From the NCBI GenBank assembly GCA_032718475.1, contig JAUCBJ010007105.1, positions 15,234 to 79,233 on the forward strand: DNA of 64,000 nucleotides. The letters run 5' to 3'. Both the position numbers and the translations under genes were made by a program. Every line of letters begins with the position of its first letter. The first letter of the stretch is position 1. The stretch comes from Nemertoderma westbladi (lineage: Eukaryota > Animalia > Xenacoelomorpha). Under the pieces are notes generated by a model, which ran no database searches, had not been told where the DNA came from, and saw nothing but the letters and a program-made list of their open reading frames with translations. Shown here one piece after another: positions 49,579 through 60,824 of this stretch.

Positions 49579-50042
49579 TAGAACGACGGTAGGCCTATGT
49601 AGTACGGTACAATTTATTAAAAGCCTGAAATTGGTGTATTGGGACTAGGATGTGCACTAGGCCTCCATATTATATACTTTCATTATGGGATTCCTGATGA
49701 AATTATTGCAGCAATTCTGAGATTGTCACCATCAACTTAGATAATATACAGAAATGTATCCCATGGAAATCAGGAAATGTATTCGCTCCCAAAGCACTTT
49801 ATCCATTACCAGTTGAGGCTACAGATCCCATTTTTTCTTCTACGCCCTACCGGCAGACCAGTACCGATGGCCGCCACTGGTACAGTTGTGCAGTCGTGGT
49901 CATCTATTAACAGTCTTCTGTAACATCAAAACCAAATAACAGTCTGTTAATCTAATAAATGTGTTACTTTTAAGTGTCCAGTGTTGTGCTGGTGCAACGA
50001 ATGCCTAAAACTTTAACAAATTACCTGATGATGACCTGATGA

Positions 50043-50399
50043 TTAACTGATATTGCATCACTAGAGCTAATGCCCGAAGAAATCTGTAAACCGGAAGTAA
50101 AGAAGTTTTGGCTTCATAGACCAGACTTTCTACAACGATCGTCACTTCAATGTCCATCGTTATTTGACGCTGCTTCCAACAGTATTCCTAAGGAGGCCGT
50201 GATAAAAACAAACTCCACTGTGGAATCAAAGGAGAAAGCTAAGGTAAGCAAAAAACCGGTCGTTCCGCCAGACTGTCCACCAGATTTTCCACCAGTCTTT
50301 CCACCAGATTTTCCACCAGAAACCTCGCCGTATACGTCTCAAGACGTGTCACTGCACATTTCGCTGGATGTTCCGCGAGATGTTTCTCTTCATGTGTAA
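50043..50399 (+). pseudogene. Fragment of a diverged relative of BEL element 1 (RNase H end plus PDxP repeats)
   Basis: DIAS..LMPEEICKPEVKKFWLHRPDFLQRSS...LFDAASNSIPKEAVIK aligns to DIASRGMQPLDFCKPDNKSFWFRGPDFLQRPS...LFDATTNTIPEGAEIK. Confidence 0.85.
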
Positions 50400-50638
50400 A
50401 GAACTTGTCCAGTTGGCTAAGGAATGGTCGAGGGCTGAAGTTTGGAATTCCTATGATTTGGAGGGAGCAACAAAATCATGTCACTGATTGCTACTTCTGC
50501 ATGGTTCCTCTCATAGCTGGTCACAACAAGAAAACCAAGAAATCTCTTGTGTATCCAAAAGTTCCGTCTGTGATACTTCCAGTAGAGCACTGTGACCAGA
50601 TTCCAGTGCCAGTTCCTATTAGTATCAGTTCCTATTAA
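50400..50638 (+). pseudogene. Chapaev3-like transposase N-terminal fragment
   Basis: FGIPMIWREQQNHVTDCYFCM...YPKVPSVILPVEH motif. Confidence 0.65.
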
Positions 50639-51566
50639 GGAAACTGACGATTCAACAACTGGAACTGACGACGTTTATCATATAGTTGTATATTTTTAGG
50701 TTCATTGTCATTGTCAAAGTAATATAATATAATATAAAATGTAAAATAATTTGTTCTAATAATTAAGGACCTCATAACAGGAAAAATATATCAGCCCAAT
50801 AATTGGTAAGCAGAATATAAATAGGTCAAATTAACAATATATCAGAGGTCACATAAACTTGTTTTGCAACCGACCCATATACTATATTCCACGAATTTAT
50901 GTCAGTTGGTCATGCCGTACCTTCAATGGCTTTAATTAAGTGATGAAATTCCTCCATTATGTAATCTCCTCCCAGGAGACAATGTGCGTGACATTGCCTC
51001 GGTTTGTCTGATGTGTTCCAGAATATTGTCTGTCAAGCGAAGATGTTGGGTGAGATAATATGATGAGATCATCTGATAGGTTGGATGTCTCATGATTGAT
51101 GAAAATTTCACCATGGCTGCCATATTCTTTCTTACCCCAATGTTCGCGGTATTTCAACTTTTCATAACGCGAGTTGAATATTTTTGTATTTTATTTAAAA
51201 TTGATTATTCCGATATTACTACTGGGTGCGGGACCATGGGTTTTGGGCACATTCAATAAACTGGGGGCGATTTATGGGCGAACTTTGGGGCAACTTACAG
51301 GGTACGGGAATAATTTCATAGTTATAAGGGCCAGGGGGGATGGAAAATGCAAGCAGTATTCAGGTTAGCCTGAGTACTATTAGGCCCTGGCCAACTTCCT
51401 GCTGCCTGTAGGGGTGGATTTGGTAATGCGCCAGGCCTAAAGGACAAGGACTGCCCTTAGCGGTCCCTGGCCAACAGCAGCCATTACGAGACTGAAAAGA
51501 ACTCGGACCGCTGACTGCTTGTGTCAGGGATTTGCGACGGGCACCGACGGCCCCTTAGTAGCCAAG

Positions 51567-52333
51567 CCGTTCTGGTTCTCGATGATCGAACCCCGGGGTT
51601 CGTGAGGGGTGGAGCGGACACGCGAACAGGTGGCCAACTAACGACTGCCCCCTGACCTAAGCCGTACTGGTTCTCGATGACCGATCCCTTCGGGGTTCGT
51701 GAGGGGTGGGACGGACATGCGAAAGGGCTGGCCACAGGACAGGTTTGACAAGGACTGCCCTTAGCGGTCTCTGGTCAACGGCAGCTACTACGAGCCTGAA
51801 AAGAACTCGGAACGCTGACTGCTTGTACTGGGATTTGCGACGGGAACCGACGACAGACCCCTTAGCCAAGCCGTTCTGGTTCTCGATGATCGTTCCCTTC
51901 GGGGTTCGTGAGGGGTGGAGCGGACACGCGATGGGGTCGAAAGACAAAGGACTAGACTCGACTAGACTCTACTGGCCTACCGACTGTTCGGAGCAGTTTC
52001 TCGGCTGCCGAAGCGACTACGAGCCTGAAACGGACTCGGAAAGCCTAGGTGGTTGGGTTTCTGTGACGAACCGACGGACCCCTAGCCAAGCCGTTCTGGT
52101 TCTCGATGATCGAACCCTTCGGGGTTCGTGAGGGGTGGAACGGACACGCGAACGGGTCCACCGACACGACAGACTCCTAGCCAAGCCGTACTGGTTCTCG
52201 ATGACCGAACCCTTCGGGGTTCGTGAGGGGTGGTACGGATACGCGACAGAGTCTACCGACTGGACCGACCCTTAGCCAAGCCGTGCTGGTTCTCGATGAC
52301 CGTTCCCTTCGGGGTTCGTGAGGGGTAGAACGG
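51567..52333 (+). repeat. Six ~53-nt structured repeats (kink-turn-like plus cUUCGg hairpin)
   Basis: CCGTTCTGGTTCTC-GAT-GA-Y-CGAACCC-TTCG-GGGTTCG-T-GA-GGGGTGGAACGG at 51567, 51662, 51871, 52091, 52186 and 52281. Confidence 0.85.
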
Positions 52334-52970
52334 ACACGCGACAGGGTCGACCGACACCGACACTTCGGCACTAAGACTGGGACTGAGGGAAAATCTGGGG
52401 AACATTAGGTAGGCTAAAATTCTGAGCGAACAGTGGGTTATTAAATAATATACCGTAGGGATTTATATTATCGTGTATAATTATTGTGAATATTTGGTGT
52501 ATATTGATTTGGGGAAGCCCAAAATTATTCTTAATCAAGGTTCAACAGAGTTCAGTTACATTAAAGAGTATATCCAACTAATGCAGCTTTTTCTCGACCG
52601 CAAACTTGCATCTCAGAAAATATTCCCTCCCCACAATCAATATCCGGTGACTGGCCGGGGCTCGGTGGTCTGTTAAGTCACGTCTCCAGCATCGGCGTTT
52701 TTCCCCCCTGGTGTAGGAATAACGGCAACAAAATTAAGAATAATTAATGCGGTTAATTTTGACACGGTGTCAAAATTAAGGATAATTACGGTCAACTTCA
52801 ACTGGTGGAAGTTGAAAATCCTTCAATACTCTCTACGTGCTTGCCAGCACCCACTACGAGGAAACTCTGGTATTTGAGTTGAGACAAAGTCGTGGTTTAA
52901 TTAATCAGCAAACTCGATCTAACCAACTCGTAGTCGGCAGATCACATATTTGGAGAGTTGTTAACAGGGA

Positions 52971-53162
52971 ATGGAAGTATCGATCACACCCATTGATATA
53001 ATTCAAGTTGAGCCAGGAATCTGGCACGTCGAAGTTGAGGTACAAGGAACGAACGTTGGACGATTCAGGATTACTGTTCGGGTGGTCCAAGCTGAGTACA
53101 ATACCTACGAGGAACTGTTTTACGACATCGCGTATCTAGCCATCGACGAGGCGTTACAATGA
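52971..53162 (+). CDS. 63-aa upstream ORF overlapping the gag start (ATGA)
   Basis: ggaATGG context; protein-like amphipathic pattern; its TGA overlaps the gag ATG at 53159. Confidence 0.5.
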   Translation: MEVSITPIDIIQVEPGIWHVEVEVQGTNVGRFRITVRVVQAEYNTYEELFYDIAYLAIDEALQ

Positions 53163-56100
53163 CAACAAATAACGTATCCGATACCGACGAGATGGATCAC
53201 CATGCAGACTCGGAAACCGACGAGGTACCAAATGTCAAGAACATGACCCGTCGGTTAGGGGCCCTTAAAGGCGGAGTAACCCGAGCGTATCAACGGATGG
53301 AGAAACAACTCAAGGGAGTCAAAACCCCCCTCAATGAGGTACAAACTCAGCTTCAAAGTATCCGAAATATCCTACAGCGGTACGAAAGAATGATACAGGC
53401 GTACCAAGATCTCGTTCCCTCCACCGATCAGGAAAACTACCCCAAGTTGGAAGAACACGTTGTACATCTAGATGGGTTCCGCAAACAACACCGGAGGACC
53501 CTCAGCCTTGTGAGAGGATATGAGGAACAGTACTACAAAAGGGCTGAAAGAACGGACGCGGAATCAGTACGATCCTCCAGCATCAGGACGGCAGTACATC
53601 AAAAAAGAACGGGGTCCGCTAGAAATCAGCACTCCAGCGCTAGGAGCGAGAGATCCGGCTCAGCGCATAGCTCTCAAGGGGGTCAGCCACTCCGAGACCA
53701 ACTGCGAGAACGGAAGGCATTAGCCCTCAAAGCTCGGATGGAAGATGAGTATATTCAACTGCAAGCCGAGCAAGATGTATTAGCCGCCGAAACACAAAAG
53801 CGAGAGGCCGAACAAGAGGTCGAACGACGGGTCGAACAACGCAGACAGGAGATCGAACAACGTGAACAAGAGGCCCAACGAGAGATCGAACAACGTGAAC
53901 GAGAGGCCCAACGGGAGATCGAACAACGTGAACGAGAGGCCAAACGAGAGATCGAACAACATGAACGAGAGGCCAAACAAGAGATCGAACAACGTAAATG
54001 GGAAGCAGAAATGCGTAAACAACACGCCGAGGCCCAAGCGATTCTCACTCACAAAAAGAATGCAGATATTGCGAAACTGGCGGAATACGAGGCCGCACTT
54101 ATAGAACGAGATATTCAACTCTACGAGGACTGGGAAAGGGATATAGATCAGGAATATGAACCAATTCCGATACCGGAGTTAGAAAAGTCATTTACACCAA
54201 CAGCGACGAAACCTCCGAAACTCGAGATCCCGCCTACCAAACAGTCTACGCTATCGGCACAAGCCCCGGTGTTCCATCCCCCACCGGCTACGTTAAAGAA
54301 TGAGGAACCCTATTTCCCATCCAACACCACGACAGCGAGTGTACCCAAGTACGAGCCTGAAAAGGACTCGGAACGGGACGCCACTCCCCGATCAAACAAC
54401 CCATTTACATCAACACCACAAACTCGCAGCCACGTCATTATTAAAACTCCGCCTATCATTGATCCATCAAGTATGGGAGTGAGTGCCAATAACTATAACC
54501 CTCCGAGTCACTCCAGTTCAGACGACGTCAGCATCATCCGGGCGTTGGAGAACCGCCTTGCCATGCCGAAGATGGAGATTCGCACCTTCGAAGGAGATCC
54601 CGTCGATTACCTCAGATTCAAGAAACGGTTCTTTGCGCAGATTGGATCAATGGACATAGCCGACGCACAGAAATTTGTATATTTATCACAATACCTGGGT
54701 GACAAACCACGCAGAATTGTTGCATGTTTTGAAGGAGGTTCTCATGAGGCATACTATGACGCATGGAAAACTCTAGACAAAAGATACGGAAATACCGGAA
54801 CTATAATTAATAAAACTCTAGAGAGACTGATACAGGATGCGGGATCACTAGGGGACCCACAGAACATACAGGAATTCTCCGACTCTATGAAAGATGCCTA
54901 TTATACTCTGAAACCCTTAAATAAAAGAGGACCAGGTGAACAACATTCTAAACCTACGACAGATCGCCTGGAAGTTCCCCGGATGGCTACAAAGTAAGTG
55001 GGCTTATAAATGTGTAGATCTCCGGCGCAGACATCCAGATCGAGATCCTAGCTTCCTTGAAATGTCGGCATTCCTGTACGATATCTCCGAAGCCATGAAT
55101 GACTCGATGTTTTCAAAACAAAGTCTCGCAAAGTTGGACGGAATAGAGAGCAACTCTAGGAGTAAGATAACCCCTCCGAAACCGAGATTCCGCCCCCCAC
55201 CGGTAAGTACGATGGCCATTACCATGGCCGAGGATTCCGACGACGAAGACTACGAGGAACCGACATCCGCTGAGGAATGGGCATGTTATCTCGAGAGTTG
55301 GGCACCCGAAAGGGAAGGCATCACAAATTCCCTGCTCTGTCTCTTCTGTGGGGAGAAACACAAAGTGGAATTCTGCAGAAAGTTTCAGTTCGCCGAACTC
55401 GTCCCAGGCTTCGAGGCGATAATGAAACACCGAGGATGCTTCCGGTGTCTTGGAACAGGTCACTATGTTCGGGAGTGCGACCAAAGATCATGCTGTGCTG
55501 TCTGTAACGACCAACGCCATCACACGCTCCTCCACATCCCCGCGAACTTCGATTTTACTACCCTCCCCTTTCGGATCGAAGCCAGGCGAAGAGGAGAAAC
55601 AAACCACGTCTTCAAAGGAACCCGGACAACCCAACGGAGAGAAACCAACCCGTTTAAAATCTACACCGATACACCACAAGTAACCAATATTTCGGCCACG
55701 ATTAATCTTATAAATCGCCGATACATGGTCTTCGCAAAGGTGATCCCAGTAAGGATCCAAGGAGTCGGCAAATCTTTGACGACACTCGCGTTCCTCGATA
55801 ACGGGTCCGACGGAACCATCATCGACCGGGATTTCCTCGAGCAACTCGGCCTAGAATATGAACCTTGTAAACGGCCCATACAAACCATCACCGATAACAA
55901 AGAAGTAGAGTCCGGGGAGGTGCAACTCCAGATGGAAGGAGTGATGAAGGGCTACGAAATGGCTAAGTTAACCATCAAGAACGCCTTGGTACACACAGAC
56001 CTCCGGGTGCGGTTCCGACAATCAGCCGAGTACGCCCCCCTCATACAATTGGATCGAGACGATGTAGACCTGAGGTGTCCGCAGTTGGACGTGAACCGTA

Positions 56101-59100
56101 TCACCCTACTGATCGGACTTGATACACCGGAACTACACATCCCCACCGGAGATATCGCTCGATCTATAAACCAGGATGATGGATTTTATGCTGAACGAAC
56201 AATAATGGGATGGACACTCTGCGGCATTAAGGAGGAAACTATGGACACCTATACCTACCTTCCTAAATGTCAGATTAAAGAGAATGTAACCTCTGTGGGT
56301 TATTGCTCAGCTTCGGATCTTGACGAGGATTTGTTCCTGGAAACCGAGAAAACCCAATGAGAGATGACGAAATATTTTAATTTGGAAACCCAGGAGTTCG
56401 CGGAAAAGGACGAAAACCCATCCGAAGAGGACCAATATTGTATGGACGTTCTCGACCAGGCCACGTTTAAAGACGGACATTGGTGTTCACCTATGTTATG
56501 GAAGGACCCAAACAAACCAATGGCAAACAACGCCAGCATGGCACTTAGGCGACTTAAAGGGATTCTACGCCGGCTGAATGACCAACCCGAGATAAAGGAG
56601 AAGTATAACACCGTAATCCAAGGATATCTCGATGATGGATTAGCAGAAATGGTACCACGGAACGAACTGCAAGGTGGTAAAAGAACATATTATCTCCCGA
56701 CCCACTATGTAGTAGAAGCCCACAAAGGCGGGAAAATCCGAGTGGTAAATGATGCTGCCGCTATATACCAGGGCGAATCCCTAAACAGTCAACTTTATAC
56801 GGGACCCAACATATATAGCACACTTATCGGCGTATTGATCAGGTTCAGGGAAAACCGGGTAGCATTCACCTGTGACATCAAGGCCATGTTTCATCAAGTT
56901 CGTACATTACCAAGAGACTCGGACTGTCTACGTATCCTATGGACGGATAAAACGCTTACTCAACAGGAGATTAGCCAACTCACGATAAAGGACGTAGACG
57001 TAATGCGTATGGTCGTCAGGATCTTCGGCGCTAAGGACTCGCCGGTAGCATGCAGTGACATGCTAAAGAGGACGGCAACCATGTGCGAAAACGAGTTCCC
57101 TCCAACCGTCATAGAAACCATTCGACGATGCTTCTACGTGGACGACGGATGCGCTGGCGCGGATAATGTAGATGAGGCGTATCAGCTAGCAATGGGGATG
57201 GTAGAATGTCTAAAGAAAGGAGGGTTTCCACTCGTGAAGTTCAGATCCCACGACAAAACACTTATGGAAAAGTTTCCGGAGGACATCCGGCTGGAAAATA
57301 ACAAGATGTATTCGGAGGATGTGGAACATCGTGTACTCGGGATTGAATGGGACATAGAATCAGATGAATTCATCTTCAAATATAAACCCCTACCCAAGCC
57401 TATGACAAAAAGGGGATGTTTGTCGATAAAAAGTGCAATCTTCGACCCACTAAATTTCATATCTCCAGTAACCTTGGCTGGAATGAACCTGATTAAGGAA
57501 ATGTGGATAGAAGGACTGGGATGGGACGAAGAGCTTCCCCCATACCTTAGCGTCAAATGGAGAAAATGGACGGAGCAGCTCGAACATCTACATCTTATGC
57601 GGATACCTAGACCGTTCTTCCTCGATAAACTGCCCACCGATATCTTCCAGCTCCACACCTTTTCGGATGCTTCAAATACCGGAATCGGCGTAGTAACCTT
57701 CTTACGGAGACTAAGTAGCGATGGAAACGGCGATACAAGCTTCTTGTTCTCCAAAGCAAAGACAGTATCCGGGGAATTCGTAGCAACGATTCCGAGACTC
57801 GAGCTACAAGCTGCAGTTTGGGCAGTAAGACAGAATCGCATGGCCATGCGGAACCTACGGATCCCCATAGAATCTCAGCACTTCTGGGTAGATTCGAGTA
57901 TAGTTCTCTATTATCTCCACTCTCCATCACGGCGTCACACCACGTTTGTTGCAAACCGAGCCACGGAGATTAAACAGTGTACCGGCCGAGAACAGTGGCA
58001 TCACGTGAACGGGAAGGAAAACCCAGCGGACTTATCAAGCCGAGGCGCCACCCCAAAACAACTCGGTAAAAGTAAACTCTGGCTTACAGGCCCGGAATTC
58101 CTACGGCAGCCACAGTTGACATGGAGTACCCGATTCGACCCCGAACTCGATAGTGGAAAATACTCCGAGGACGATAAAGAGATCCGTAAAATCCATCGAA
58201 GCAACGCGGTGGAAATTTATAGTTGCCTGACTGAGCCTGCAAAGGACTCGGGCAGGCACTATAACGTCGCGACGATCACTCAACTAGCGGCGTCTTTACA
58301 TCAGTTGATCGAGCGAACCTCATCCATGAGACGGCTCGTCCATCACGTTATAACCCTTCGCAACTTCCTACGGTGGAAAAACAACAAACCGATAGTTCAA
58401 CGGAATATACAAGAACTCATTATTGCGGAGAAGTGTATTGTCAGATATGTCCAGAAAGAAAGTTTCCCCGATGAATGGGAACAACTTAGTGTGGGCAAAA
58501 CGTTGAAACCGGACAGCCCAGTCTACCAACTGAGACCAATGATGGGAGAGGACGGACTGATCCGACTGAATACCCGGATGGCAAACGCCCCGGTCGAATA
58601 TGAGGTTAAATACCCGGCGCTTCTGCCCGGAACGTCGACACTAGCTAAGCTATTAATTCTACAATGTCACGAGGACAACCACCACGCAGGACAGAATTGG
58701 ATTATAGCTAATATAAGACAAAGATATTGGATCACCCACATCCAGCCACTGATCCGGAAAGTGTTGAAACGTTGCTTCACCTGCAGACGTTACCTAGCGC
58801 CACCAATCACCCAAAAGATGGCCGACTTACCAGCCACCCGTCTACAAGCGGATTCCCCACCATTCTACGTCACCAGAGTGGACTGTTTCGGACCGTTCAC
58901 GGTTATTGAACGACGATCCAACATCAAATGCTGGGGAGCCATCTTCACCTGCCTAAGATCTAGGGCAATTTACCTAGATATCGTGGTAAATCTGACACAA
59001 CACGCATTCATCAACGCTCTGCGTCGGTTCGTGGCAAACAACGGGACATGCCGCCACATGTATTCCGATAATGGTACAAACTTTGTGGGAGGAGAAAGGG

Positions 59101-59840
59101 AACTTAGAGAGGCGATCGAGGGATGGTTTACCGATAACACTGCATCCCAAGTCTGGAAGGAACACCAGATACAGTGGCACTTCCAGACCCCCTTAGCACC
59201 CCATACGAGCGGGGTATGGGAGAAACTGATCGACCTAGTGAAACGATCCATGCGCGTCGCTCTAGGCGACACCCGGGTAACCCATGACACCCTCCGCACA
59301 ACATTCTGCGAGATCACGGCTACCCTGAACAACCGACCCATTGTTCCTATCCGCGACGACCCCACAGACCTGGAACCCCTCACTCCTAACCACCTACTGG
59401 GGAGACCCAAAACCCACCTCCTCTCGGAAACCATGTTCCCGGATCCCAACGAGATCGCGAAACATACAAACTGGAAAAAGGCCCAAGCGTTGGCAGCGCA
59501 TTGGTGGAGAATTTGGGCCCAGGAATACCTCATAACCCTCCGGACCAGGAGGAAATGGAACAACACCTACCGGAACGTCGCAGTTGGCGACATGGTGCTA
59601 GTTAAAGAAGATCTCAAAGACCGCGTTCACTGGCCTGTGGCGCGGGTCGTGACCATACACCCAAGCAAAGACGGACTTGCGAGGACTGTGACGATACGAA
59701 CGAAAGCGGGCCACTACCAACGCCCCATCCAGAAGCTGTGCCTTCTTGAAGGCAATGACAGTGGTGATTCTACAAGAGGTGATAAGTTCCCGACTACGGA
59801 TCCTGCTGCAGACATCGGTGACAATGATAAATGCGTTTAA
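53159..59840 (+). pseudogene. BEL/Pao gag-pol with one frameshift (~54925) and one in-frame stop (56358-56360)
   Basis: IRTFEGDP, CLFC, CFRCLGTGHYVREC, CAVC...HHTLLH, AFLDNGSD, FYVDDG, HTFSDAS, IPRLELQAA, NPADLSSRG, VDCFGP, YSDNGTNFVG, GVWEKL. Confidence 0.92.
53849..54005 (+). repeat. 33-bp coding repeat (EIEQREREAQR)x~5 in the gag coiled coil
   Basis: gagatcgaacaacgtgaacgagaggcccaac units. Confidence 0.9.
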
Positions 59841-60109
59841 ACCCTTCTCATCATGTTGACAAACTCTTATAAACTGTGATTTATCGACAACGGATTATGG
59901 ACCCCCTTTAAACCAACTGTAACCACGCATGGTATTTGTGTTTCCTCGTGTGTTATGTGGAGTCCAGCGTCACCCTGCAGATGTTTCGACTGACGCAGGG
60001 TCGTTTATGCATTGTTTACCCTGATTTTGGTCATTGGGACCAACGATATTGGATTATTGGAAATGGAAAAGATTTGAAGTGGAATTCATTGTATTCATTG
60101 CAGTATGTT

Positions 60110-60540
60110 ATGTTGTCCGTTGCGTGCGCAGTTCGGGGCGTAGGCGGTGTAACGAGTCCAGCTGTAGATCTTGGATTGCCGCGCAACACCCCCTCTATCC
60201 CGTTATTCTGGTGGGTCCATGGTGCATCCACATGACTTCGACGATAGAGGGTTTTATGTTTCTCAGTCGCGTTATTCTGGTGGGACCGTTGCGTGGATTT
60301 TGGGGCGTAGGCGGTGTAACGAGTCCAGCTGTAGATCCCAGAATGTTGCGTAACCCATCCCACATGACTTCGTCGACTGAGCTTTATGTTGTTGGGAGTG
60401 TTATTCTGGTGGGTCCCTGGTGCATTCCACGTGACTTCACTCTCAGCGTCTTCATTGTCCGTTACGTGCGCAGTTTGGGGCGTAGGCGGTGTAACGAGTC
60501 CAGCTGTAGATCCCAGATTGCCGCGTAACACCCCTTCCAC
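60110..60540 (+). repeat. Three ~170-bp-spaced repeats in the element 2 3' UTR
   Basis: Identical 36-mer GGGGCGTAGGCGGTGTAACGAGTCCAGCTGTAGATC at 60135, 60302 and 60477; GTTATTCTGGTGGG also occurs three times. Confidence 0.9.
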
Positions 60541-60824
60541 GACAAAGATTAACCAAAGAAAATGATTGAATATAGTTGGAAACGATGAAAAGGATCAGAC
60601 AACTCTACTATAAACCTGAATGATGACGCGTATACTGATGAAAATGAAATGATGCGCACCCTGGTGCTGCGCTTATAACCAATGATGATAGCCGGGGGGC
60701 TATAAACCCAATGATGATGTGGAAATAAATGGTGGAACTAAATGTTGAAATATATGTGGAAATAAATGAAATGAGATGAAATAATAATGAAATGAAAAAA
60801 GACAAAAAAAAGGTATAAAAAAGG

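Larger units (their letters stand above)
51380..60600 (+). mobile_element. BEL/Pao LTR retrotransposon internal region (element 2); LTRs not identifiable; boundaries approximate
   Basis: Repeat-rich leader, gag-PR-RT-RH-IN coding region and repeat-rich 3' UTR. Confidence 0.88.

Noticed and set aside
51567-52333. Repeat array as CRISPR or hammerhead ribozymes
   Set aside because: Eukaryotic TE context, no cas genes, spacers resemble each other and vary in length; the core reads CGATGA...GTGA, not CTGATGA...GAAA.
54915-54940. Programmed gag frameshift in element 2
   Set aside because: It falls mid-Gag, and removing one A from the run restores LNKEDQVNNILNLRQ; more likely a mutation or sequencing indel.
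56358-56360. Programmed readthrough between protease and RT
   Set aside because: A single TGA in a copy with other lesions (frameshift, likely G-to-R change before VDCFGP, no LTRs); cannot be told from decay without other copies.
57182-59566. Long antisense ORFs opposite pol
   Set aside because: Shadow frames of the coding strand without independent motifs.
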